Of a stretch of DNA of 51,529 bases, positions 1 to 7,323 are shown one piece after another. Both the position numbers and the translations under genes were made by a program. The notes under the pieces are model-generated. The model did not search any database. It had not been told where the DNA came from and was given only the letters and a program-made list of their open reading frames with translations. Numbering within the stretch: the first letter of the stretch is position 1; every line of letters starts with the position of its first letter. Source of the stretch: a virus (Duplodnaviria > Caudoviricetes); IMG/VR virus record IMGVR_UViG_3300037755_001214, positions 1-51,529 of that record. One strand, written 5' to 3'.

Positions 1-120
1 CGGAGCGGACCTATGATTTTATCTGCGGCAATCCGCCTTACGGGCCGGTCGTCGACGACACGCCGATGGCCGAGCACTTCGTCAGGCACGCCTGGCGGCT
101 GCTGGCCGGCGGCGGCCGGA
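1..120 (+). repeat. Terminal overlap, identical to 51410-51529 (circularity signature)
   Basis: Direct sequence identity of the first and last 120 bases. Confidence 0.97.
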
Positions 121-371
121 TCCTGTTCCTGCTCCGGCTGGCCTTTATGGCCTCGGTCGACCGCTACGCCGGCCTGTGGAGCGAGCTGCCGCCAACGGTC
201 GTGGCCGTGTGCAGCACCAGGCCGAGCTTTGGCGTGAACAAGCACGGCCGGAAGGGCACGCAAAATATTGAGTATGCTTTGTTCGTGTGGGACAAGCAGC
301 CCGACGGCGACCCGGCCGGCGAACCCCGGCAATGGCCGGTGGAGCTGCTGCCGCCATACGAGAGAGAGTGA
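1..371 (+). CDS. DNA N6-adenine (or N4-cytosine) methyltransferase, C-terminal part; gene starts at 51079 and crosses the origin
   Basis: YDFICGNPPY catalytic motif IV at 12-41, in frame with ORF 66..371 (LLRLAF...RPSF...EYALFVW). Confidence 0.88.
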   Translation, partial: ERTYDFICGNPPYGPVVDDTPMAEHFVRHAWRLLAGGGRILFLLRLAFMASVDRYAGLWSELPPTVVAVCSTRPSFGVNKHGRKGTQNIEYALFVWDKQPDGDPAGEPRQWPVELLPPYERE

Positions 372-601
372 CCTGCCTGCGCTGGCGCACACTTGCCCAG
401 GCACGCAAGTGCGGGCGGGCGCAAGCGTGCTGGAGCACCCCTGGCACACTTGCCCGGCACGCCCTGCCTGCGCTGGCGCACACTTGCCCAGGCACGCAAG
501 TGCGGGCGGGCGCAAGCGTGCTTGCGCCCACTCGCGAAGCGCGCAGCACAGCAAGTGCGGGCCAGGCAAGTGAAGTGCGGGCCAGGCAAGTGAAGTGCGG
601 G
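371..601. repeat. Nested cluster of palindromic micro-elements (element A at 371-428 and 463-519, element B at 529-562, 20-bp tandem at 553-601)
   Basis: ACCTGCCTGCGCTGGCGCACACTTGCCCAGGCACGCAAGTGCGGGCGGGCGCAAGCGT recurs at 33123 and inverted at 15170; element B recurs at 27091. Confidence 0.9.
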
Positions 602-643
602 AAGTACGCCAGGACTTTGTAGGCCAGTGAGGGAGATAGTTCA

Positions 644-847
644 GTGATTGTCATCAGGCTGACCGGAAAAAATGAGACTGAGCTTAATACTGCGGCCGAC
701 GGAATCATCGCCTTACCGGGCCTGGTCGTAGAGAGCGACACCGGCATTCTCGCCGGCCGGCGCGATCTGTTGCGCTACATCTATGCCAGGGTAAAGGCGA
801 CAGCGGACCCAGAGAACCAGCCACCCAGCAAACGGAGGCGGCCGTAA
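644..847 (+). CDS. Hypothetical protein
   Basis: Short ORF with upstream GAGGGAG RBS, co-oriented with neighbours. Confidence 0.5.
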   Translation: MIVIRLTGKNETELNTAADGIIALPGLVVESDTGILAGRRDLLRYIYARVKATADPENQPPSKRRRP

Positions 848-878
848 CGTACATTACACGGCCGGAGGAGGATACTGA

Positions 879-1418
879 ATGACAAGTGTGATTTTTTCTA
901 ATCCAACAATCGAGAACCGTTTCAGGAGGCAGATCAATAATAGTGAGAACGAAATAGGCGGTTATTTTTTGACAAGGTTCGAGCCGATTACTTGGCCCGG
1001 TCTGTTTTCCTGGAAACAAACAAAAGAAATCTTGGGTGACAGGATCAACTTTATAGAGCAGGTTATTGTTCTGCCCAACAAGGCCAAAACGCCCCACGTC
1101 GCTTGGAGCACCTGGAGCATGGACCTGGCTCACGAATTAGCTATGGAGAATGCCCGATTTAACGATACGTACCCAATTCATTTTCACACTCATCCTAATG
1201 GCAACCCGGAACCAAGCCAGCCAGACCTTGCTTTCGCGGGCGCGTGGTGCAAAATGTACGATGGCTTCTCGCAGTTTTGCATTGTGACCCCTCATCCGCT
1301 ACGTGTGCATTACTATTCATTGGAGTTTGGTAGGACAAGTGTACCCAACGAAACCAAAGTTGAGCGCGGTGAGTTCTTTAGCTGGCGGTCAATATATGTC
1401 AAGGCATTAGTGTTCTAA
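879..1418 (+). CDS. JAB/MPN+ (Prok-JAB) metallopeptidase
   Basis: ENEIGGYF glutamate plus HFHTHPNGNPEPSQPD (HxH-x7-S-x2-D) JAMM motif; GGAGGAGG RBS; AT-richer than flanks. Confidence 0.82.
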   Translation: MTSVIFSNPTIENRFRRQINNSENEIGGYFLTRFEPITWPGLFSWKQTKEILGDRINFIEQVIVLPNKAKTPHVAWSTWSMDLAHELAMENARFNDTYPIHFHTHPNGNPEPSQPDLAFAGAWCKMYDGFSQFCIVTPHPLRVHYYSLEFGRTSVPNETKVERGEFFSWRSIYVKALVF

Positions 1419-1427
1419 GTTCAAAGA

Positions 1428-1634
1428 GTGGAGGTTATAGTGCCAATAGAAATGTACCTGGTTTATGACAAAAACGCCGGTGCTGATGACCTGGCTATCG
1501 AGGCTTTTTTTACCGAACAGGCTGCACAGGCGAAAGTGGTGCAACTGGCAGAAAAAGGCCGCGACTGCGCTTACAAAACATTCACGGAAAAAGCCCGCAA
1601 GCAAAAAGAGAAGCTCTGCTCAGGCGTCCCCTAG
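1428..1634 (+). CDS. Small hypothetical protein (start uncertain)
   Basis: ORF follows the JAB gene, GGAGG near the start; converges on mazF. Confidence 0.4.
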   Translation: MEVIVPIEMYLVYDKNAGADDLAIEAFFTEQAAQAKVVQLAEKGRDCAYKTFTEKARKQKEKLCSGVP

Positions 1635-1964
1635 CAGCCGTCCCACCTTGCGCAACACCTCCCTCACCGTTTCGGGTGGAGCCTCATCCGCAAACTCCGC
1701 CCGCCGTACCCGCCAGTCCATACTTTTGACCTGGTCCGCCAATACCGCTCCCGTTACGCTGAGCCCGGCCGGCAGGTTCACTTCAAACGGATAGCCCTTG
1801 ACCTGGTTCGTAATCGGGCACAGCAGCGCCAGCCCTACCTTCTCGTTATACGCTCCCGGTGACACCACCAGCCCCGGCCGCCGCCCCGCCTGCTCGTGTC
1901 CGGCCTGCGGGGTAAAATCGATCCAGACCACGTGGCCCCGCTCCGGCACGTACGACGTTACCAC
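1620..1964 (-). CDS. mazF: MazF/PemK-family endoribonuclease toxin
   Basis: YVPERGHVVWIDFTPQAGHEQAGRRPGLVVSP...CPITNQVKGYPFEV...LADQVKSMDWRVR, highly characteristic of MazF. Confidence 0.95.
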   Translation of the reverse strand: MVTSYVPERGHVVWIDFTPQAGHEQAGRRPGLVVSPGAYNEKVGLALLCPITNQVKGYPFEVNLPAGLSVTGAVLADQVKSMDWRVRRAEFADEAPPETVREVLRKVGRLLGDA

Positions 1965-2191
1965 GCCTCATTCCCGACCGCCGGCCCGGTCTCGACCTCG
2001 CCGTGCCTGTTTTCCTCGGTTATCGCGGCCAGCAGGTCGGCCAGGGTTCCCTCCGCCCGTTCTATCACGACCTTCTCCCCAACCACTGATACCTCCACCG
2101 CCGAGTCGCGCTCCAGGCCCGCCTCCACCGCAAACGCCTGGGGAATGCGCACGGCTAAACTGTTGCCCCATTTCTGCACTTTGGTTCTCAT
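1958..2191 (-). CDS. mazE: MazE/AbrB-family antitoxin
   Basis: MRTKVQKWGNSLAVRIP AbrB motif, C-terminal ...ENRHGEVETGPAVGNEAW; ATG at 2191 preceded by AAGGAGGA; overlaps the mazF start. Confidence 0.93.
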   Translation of the reverse strand: MRTKVQKWGNSLAVRIPQAFAVEAGLERDSAVEVSVVGEKVVIERAEGTLADLLAAITEENRHGEVETGPAVGNEAW

Positions 2192-2204
2192 GGCTGTCCT
2201 CCTT

Positions 2205-2258
2205 CTGTATATACATTGTATATACAGTGAAGATACATCCATTCCACCCATCTGTCAA
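2205..2258 (-). promoter_or_regulatory. mazEF sigma70-type promoter and palindromic autorepression operator
   Basis: TTGACA(2258-2253)-17 nt-TATCTT(2235-2230); palindrome CTGTATATACA-T-TGTATATACAG at 2205-2227. Confidence 0.82.
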
Positions 2259-2300
2259 GTAACCGCGGATATTTCGGCTCAACAAAGCTTCTACCGTGGG

Positions 2301-2340
2301 AAAAGGGCCAGGCCGGGGAATTCGGGCTTCCCCGGCCTGG
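2301..2340 (-). terminator. Intrinsic terminator ending the tail operon
   Basis: GC-rich stem CCAGGCCGGGGAA/TTCCCCGGCCTGG followed by a short T run on the minus strand, just after the stop at 2344. Confidence 0.65.
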
Positions 2341-2343
2341 AGG

Positions 2344-2787
2344 TCACTTTATCGCCATGTCGCGCAGAAAGACCGCTACCTTGGCCAGATTCACCAGGCC
2401 CATATCCCGCTCATCGATGAGCGCATCAGCAATAACCTTGAGTGAGGCCACGGTTGCCGCGCCGAGCGTCGCCAGGCTGTTGACCCCGGCAAACTGAGCG
2501 TCTATCGCCGCCCGGGCCTGAGCCTTGTCCCAGCCGTTAAAGATCGCCGCCATGGCGGCCGCCGCCTCCGGATAGGTGTAATCGGCCCAGCCCGGCAGGG
2601 CGCGGAGGTTGATCCCGGCCTGCCGGGCTTTTTCAATGAGGGCCAGTTGCGTCGCCGTCTCGAGCGTTGGCCCGGTCAGGTCCTCAGGGCTATTCCCCTC
2701 GCTCAGCCAGGCCAGGTAAGCCGGGTTATCGTCGGCCACCGGCTGCCAGTTCTCGTCAAGCAGCCCGATTGGCGTTAATCTATACAT
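2344..2787 (-). CDS. Probable tail-fibre accessory/assembly protein
   Basis: Directly after the long fibre gene; ADDNPAYLAWLSEGNSPE resembles a motif common in such positions. Confidence 0.5.
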   Translation of the reverse strand: MYRLTPIGLLDENWQPVADDNPAYLAWLSEGNSPEDLTGPTLETATQLALIEKARQAGINLRALPGWADYTYPEAAAAMAAIFNGWDKAQARAAIDAQFAGVNSLATLGAATVASLKVIADALIDERDMGLVNLAKVAVFLRDMAIK

Positions 2788-2797
2788 TAATAATCCC

Positions 2798-4306
2798 CTA
2801 TGACAATTTCAGGTGTTGAATGCCCATTATGTTGAACGATGTACCCAACCTCAGGTCCATCGTCTTACAGGCGGTCCAGGCGGTTAAAGAGGTGTTGAAC
2901 AGGGGAGTAACCGAGACGTAGGCCTGCATTCCCGAGACGGACATATTGTGGCTGACGGCGCTGTTCTGGGTGTCGATCAAGATTTTGTAGGGCGCGGTCG
3001 GGTCCCACTGCGCGTCCGACATCAACGTTCCGGCCGTCGTGGTATAGGTGGCATCAGCCACCCCCTGGCCGTTCCACATTTGAACTCGCCACGGCCAGGT
3101 GGGGTACGTCACCCGGTCGATGACAAACCTGTAGGCGACGTACCAATCCGTTGCCCCCGGCGACTGCACGCCCCAGCAGCGGATTTCGCCGCCGTAACTG
3201 GCCGCAGCGCGGGTTGACCACTGCAAAATGGCCTCGATGAACCGCTTGCCGGTCGAGCTTGTCCAGCCCAGCCTGGCTACGCCTGACAACGAATTGAATT
3301 TCAGAATACTATTCTGGACGTACATTTGAACGGTGCCGGTGTTGGTCTTGGAGAACGGCGAGGTGGGGGAATAGTCGTCTGCACCCACCGTCCCGTTCGT
3401 CTCGAACCCCAACTGGTTGCCGGCAGGATTATCGCCCAGGAATGTGTCCACGGTCCAGGCGGTCGCGTGGGTAGGCGCCGCTGCTCCAAACAACCGCTCA
3501 AATCGAGTGGCGAGGCCTTGAGCAGAGCCAAGCGGGTAAACGTCGCTATCCTTCAGCAGCACCCCGTCAACCGTCACTCCCGCTGCCCCGGTGCTTTCGG
3601 CTACAACATCGGCCTTAATGCCATTGCTGCCAAAGTCCTGCGCCTGGCTGCTCGCTCCGGCCCTGGCCCCGGTTGCCAGCAGGTACTGGGTATGGTCATC
3701 ATCCGCCAGCCCGGTCAAGGCTCCGTGGTCGTGGTTATGGCCAAGTTGGGAATAGCGAACGTCGCCCCGCGCCTGGTTGTAATATTGTGAGTGGTCATCA
3801 TCCGCCAGCCCGGTCAGCGCCCCGTGGTCAGAAACGCCGCTAAACGAGGCCAGGACCAACGCCTGCACCGTGCCCGCTCCGCCGCCGGCATAAGCGGTCA
3901 GCGCAATGGCAAACGTGCCCGCCCCCTTTGCTACGCCGGCGCTCTTGGCCCTGCCTTCCGTGCTGCTCGTACCCAGGTAGTCGCCGCGCGCCACGTTGCC
4001 CTGCACGTTGACCGTCACGATGCCGGCCGTGGCCACCCGCCCCGCCGCCTCGTTATCGATCGTTTCCGCTACCACGCCGATCACGGCCGGGTTTTCCTCG
4101 GTCGTGGTCGTAGTAAAGGCGTTGTCATTGGCGCTGTCGGCCACCACCACCGCGCCGGCGGTGAGCTGCGCGCCGGATTTGTTGGTCAGCGAATCGGGCT
4201 CGGTCCTGGCGATCAGGTACGCCAGGTTGTCGACGATGTCCCGGTTCCAGATCGTCTCATTGATCAGGCTGCCGTCGCTCTGCGCTGCCGGGTCAGTCCA
4301 GGCCAT
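2798..4306 (-). CDS. Tail fibre/receptor-binding protein, MAWTDP paralogue 4 (long)
   Basis: Shared MAWTDP N-terminal ~155 aa; two DHGALTGLADDDH(S/T)QY repeats; unique beta-rich C-terminus. Confidence 0.78.
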   Translation of the reverse strand: MAWTDPAAQSDGSLINETIWNRDIVDNLAYLIARTEPDSLTNKSGAQLTAGAVVVADSANDNAFTTTTTEENPAVIGVVAETIDNEAAGRVATAGIVTVNVQGNVARGDYLGTSSTEGRAKSAGVAKGAGTFAIALTAYAGGGAGTVQALVLASFSGVSDHGALTGLADDDHSQYYNQARGDVRYSQLGHNHDHGALTGLADDDHTQYLLATGARAGASSQAQDFGSNGIKADVVAESTGAAGVTVDGVLLKDSDVYPLGSAQGLATRFERLFGAAAPTHATAWTVDTFLGDNPAGNQLGFETNGTVGADDYSPTSPFSKTNTGTVQMYVQNSILKFNSLSGVARLGWTSSTGKRFIEAILQWSTRAAASYGGEIRCWGVQSPGATDWYVAYRFVIDRVTYPTWPWRVQMWNGQGVADATYTTTAGTLMSDAQWDPTAPYKILIDTQNSAVSHNMSVSGMQAYVSVTPLFNTSLTAWTACKTMDLRLGTSFNIMGIQHLKLS

Positions 4307-4778
4307 CTCTCTCCACCACGAATAAATCCAGCCACTCCCGCGCCGGGTCAGTCCCGCCGGCCCGGGTGACGATCTCCCACAGCGCCGCCGCCAGCGCGCC
4401 CTTGACCACCGTCGGGTCGTGAAGCGGGCTGATGCCCACGGTCAGCCGCTCGCCGTCCAGGTAGACCGCCACCCTGGCCTCGCCGCTGGAGAATTTGGGC
4501 CGGGCCTGGGCCTTGAAAAAAACCTCGAACAGCGACAGCATGGTCGTGGCCATAATGCCCAACGCCTGCACGCCGTCCATTTTTTCAGTCCGCCATTCTA
4601 CCTGGCCGGTCAGCGCGTTGTGCTTGATGCTGATCCGCTGCTCCAGGTCCTCGCTGGCCACCTCGACCGGCTGCAGGCCGGCGCTCTCCCAGGCCTCGAA
4701 TACCTCCTCGATGGAGGTGGCGCCAGGCACGTGGGCCGTCGGGAATTTCTGCTCGTGTTTGACGATTCCGTTGGTCAT
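4293..4778 (-). CDS. Hypothetical protein within the fibre cluster
   Basis: Tightly coupled to flanking genes, 161 aa, no motif recognised. Confidence 0.65.
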   Translation of the reverse strand: MTNGIVKHEQKFPTAHVPGATSIEEVFEAWESAGLQPVEVASEDLEQRISIKHNALTGQVEWRTEKMDGVQALGIMATTMLSLFEVFFKAQARPKFSSGEARVAVYLDGERLTVGISPLHDPTVVKGALAAALWEIVTRAGGTDPAREWLDLFVVERDGLD

Positions 4779-4780
4779 TT

Positions 4781-5620
4781 TTAGCTCTTCCTGATTGTCA
4801 TCAGTTGAATATAGGGCATCGTGTGATCTCCGCCGGCCGTCACCCCGGTGTTGCCGTCCTCGCTGGTCGATTCGGTGAAGCCGGTTGTCGATATGAGAGC
4901 GTTGGCGTGGGGAGCGCCCGACGCAGCATTGCCGTAGTTGATCGTGTGCGTGTGAGCGATGACGGTCCCGATGGTGTGGGTATGGGTGATGGTTCCCTGG
5001 TCGCTCAGGGCGCTGCCGACCGTGCCTTCAGCAGCGCCGCCGCCCGGCAGGCCGACGATCACCCGGCCCCGCCCGGCTGTATATTCCGTCCATCCGGTTG
5101 GGGCCGCGCCGGCCGTGGTATACATCACCGAATTGGCTGCCGCTGACCCGGCCGCGAACCCTGGCAGCACCAGCGCCGTTACCGTGCCCGCGCCGCCGCC
5201 GGCATAGGCCGTCAGGGCGACAGCGAACGCGCCGGCCGTCTTGCTGCTGCCAACACTCTTGGCCCGCCCGGCCGTGGTGGAAGTAGCCAGAAAATCGCCC
5301 CGGGCGACGTTGCCCTGCACCAGGACGCTCGCCACGCCAAAAACCGCCACCCGCCCGGCCGCGTCATTGGCGATAGTCTCCCGCGCCACTCCCAGCACGT
5401 CCTCGCTGTTGGCGGTGGTCGTGGTGTCGAAGGCGCTGTTATTGCCGGTGTCGGCAATGACCACCGTCCCGGCCGAGACGCTGCTGCCGCTTTTGTTGGT
5501 CAGCGTGTTTGGTTCAACTGCGGCCAGCAGGTAAGCCAGGTTGTCTATCACGTCGGCGTTAAAGATGGCTGCCGTTAAGAAGTCGCTGGCAGAACGCTGG
5601 GTCGGGTCTGTCCAGGCCAT
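4781..5620 (-). CDS. Short tail fibre, MAWTDP paralogue 3 (collar-like domain, HxH tip)
   Basis: Shared N-terminus; APTGWTEYTAGRGRVIVG collar-like motif; HTH...HTH; C-terminal MPYIQL. Confidence 0.78.
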   Translation of the reverse strand: MAWTDPTQRSASDFLTAAIFNADVIDNLAYLLAAVEPNTLTNKSGSSVSAGTVVIADTGNNSAFDTTTTANSEDVLGVARETIANDAAGRVAVFGVASVLVQGNVARGDFLATSTTAGRAKSVGSSKTAGAFAVALTAYAGGGAGTVTALVLPGFAAGSAAANSVMYTTAGAAPTGWTEYTAGRGRVIVGLPGGGAAEGTVGSALSDQGTITHTHTIGTVIAHTHTINYGNAASGAPHANALISTTGFTESTSEDGNTGVTAGGDHTMPYIQLMTIRKS

Positions 5621-5622
5621 AA

Positions 5623-6462
5623 TCAGTCCTTTTGCACTCCCATGAGTTGGATGTACGGCATCACAGTGTTAGCCGTGTCTGTCGTCGCCGTTCCGCCCGT
5701 GGTCGACGTGGACGGGGTGTTGGTGAGAACGGAGCTCGAGTTTATTGCAATCCCGCCACTTCCGGGGCTGCCGCCGCCGTACGCGAACGTGTGGCTGTGG
5801 CTGGGCATAGTGTACGTATGGGTGTGGGTTGGGTTTTGCTGGTCGGTCAGGGCGCTGCCGACCGTGCCCGTGTTCGTTCCCGCAGATGGCAGGCCGACGA
5901 TCACCCGGCCTCGGGCTGCGGCATACTCGGTGTAGCCGGCCGGCGCCGCGCCGGCCGAGGTGTAATGGACCGCGTTTGAAGGTATCGCCCCGGCGCTCAT
6001 TGCCGGCAGGATCAATGCGGTGACGGTTCCCGCTCCGCCGCCGCTGTAGGCGGTCAGGGCGATGGCGAACGTGCCCGCCGCCTTGCTGCTGCCGGCATCT
6101 TTAGCCCGCCCGGCCGTCGTGCTCGTGCTCAGGTAGTTGCCGCGGGCCACGTTGCCCTGCACGTTGACCGTTGCCACGCCCACCGCAGCCACTCTTCCCG
6201 CCGCGGCGTTGGCAATGCTTTCCATCACCACCCCGATAACCAGGCCGTTATCCGCCGCCGTGGTCGTGGTGAAGCTGTTATCATTGCTCGTGTCGGCAAT
6301 GACCACGGCCCCGGCCGTGAGCGTGCCGCCGCTGCGGTTGGTCAGCGTGTCCGGCTCCACCGCGGCCAGCAGGTAGGCCAGGTTATCGACGATGTCGGTA
6401 TTCCAGACGCTCTGCGTGATCAGGTCGCCGGTACTGCGTTGGGTCGGGTCTGTCCAGGCCAT
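5623..6462 (-). CDS. Short tail fibre, MAWTDP paralogue 2
   Basis: Same architecture: APAGYTEYAAARGRVIVG, HTH/HSH, MPYIQL. Confidence 0.78.
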   Translation of the reverse strand: MAWTDPTQRSTGDLITQSVWNTDIVDNLAYLLAAVEPDTLTNRSGGTLTAGAVVIADTSNDNSFTTTTAADNGLVIGVVMESIANAAAGRVAAVGVATVNVQGNVARGNYLSTSTTAGRAKDAGSSKAAGTFAIALTAYSGGGAGTVTALILPAMSAGAIPSNAVHYTSAGAAPAGYTEYAAARGRVIVGLPSAGTNTGTVGSALTDQQNPTHTHTYTMPSHSHTFAYGGGSPGSGGIAINSSSVLTNTPSTSTTGGTATTDTANTVMPYIQLMGVQKD

Positions 6463-6463
6463 A

Positions 6464-7306
6464 TCAGCTCTTCTCGATCACTAATAGTTGGATATAAGGC
6501 GTCATATGCGATCCGGCGCCGCTGGTGGCGCTGGCCGAGCCAAAGGAATCGGTGGTAATAGACCCGGCCACAGTCGAATCGCCCTGCCGGAGGTGTTGTG
6601 CGCCGGCCGGGGTCGCATACAGCGGACCCAGGACGTGCGCGTGATCGTCCACCTGGCTATACGGGTGAGTGTGGGTCTGGTCCAACTGGTCGGTCAGGGC
6701 GCTGCCCACGGTGCCCGTGTTCGTTCCCGCAGCCGGCAGGCCCACGATCACCCGGCCTCGGGCTGAGGTGTATTCGGTGTAGCCGGTCGGCGCCGCGCCA
6801 ACGAACCAGAAAACGCAGCCGGATTCGATGAAAAACTCGCCGGAGCACTTGCTCAGCACAACCGCCGTCACCGTTCCGGCTCCGCCGCCGGCGTAGGCGG
6901 TCAGCGCCCGGGCGAACGTGCCGGCGTTGCGCGCGCCGCCGGCGCTCTTGGCCCGGCCGGCCGTGGTCGAAGTGCTCAGGAAATCGCCCCGGGCGACATT
7001 GCCCTGCACATTGACCGTCACGATGCCGGCCGTGGCCACCCGACCGGCGGCGGCGTTGGCAATGCTCTCCATCACCACCCCGATCACCAGCGGGTCGTCG
7101 GCCGTGGTCGTGGTCGTGAACGAGCTGTCGTTGCTGGCATCGGCAATGACCACGGCCCCGGCCGTGAGCGTGCCGCCGCTCTGGTTGGTCAGCTCCGGTT
7201 CCACCGTGCCCACCAGGTAGGCCAGGTTATCGACCACGTCGGCATTCCAGATGGCCGCCGTGATCATATCGCCGCTGCTGCGTTGGGATGGGTCAGTCCA
7301 GGCCAT
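6464..7306 (-). CDS. Short tail fibre, MAWTDP paralogue 1
   Basis: Same architecture: APTGYTEYTSARGRVIVG, HTH/HAH, TPYIQL; GAGGGAG RBS. Confidence 0.78.
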   Translation of the reverse strand: MAWTDPSQRSSGDMITAAIWNADVVDNLAYLVGTVEPELTNQSGGTLTAGAVVIADASNDSSFTTTTTADDPLVIGVVMESIANAAAGRVATAGIVTVNVQGNVARGDFLSTSTTAGRAKSAGGARNAGTFARALTAYAGGGAGTVTAVVLSKCSGEFFIESGCVFWFVGAAPTGYTEYTSARGRVIVGLPAAGTNTGTVGSALTDQLDQTHTHPYSQVDDHAHVLGPLYATPAGAQHLRQGDSTVAGSITTDSFGSASATSGAGSHMTPYIQLLVIEKS

Positions 7307-7323
7307 AAGTTCTCCCTCGTGGC

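Noticed and set aside
1-120. Terminal direct repeat as a biological genome end
   Set aside because: It falls mid-gene and the methyltransferase reads through once the overlap is collapsed; most likely an assembler circularity overlap
145-747. Overlapping ORFs across the repeat cluster (145-747, 164-589, 268-573, 287-622, 393-593)
   Set aside because: Translations are just the palindromic elements read in several frames
2798-7306. DGR or shufflon acting on the fibre paralogues
   Set aside because: No reverse transcriptase, no adenine-specific TR/VR pair, no inverted cassettes; all copies are full genes in the same orientation
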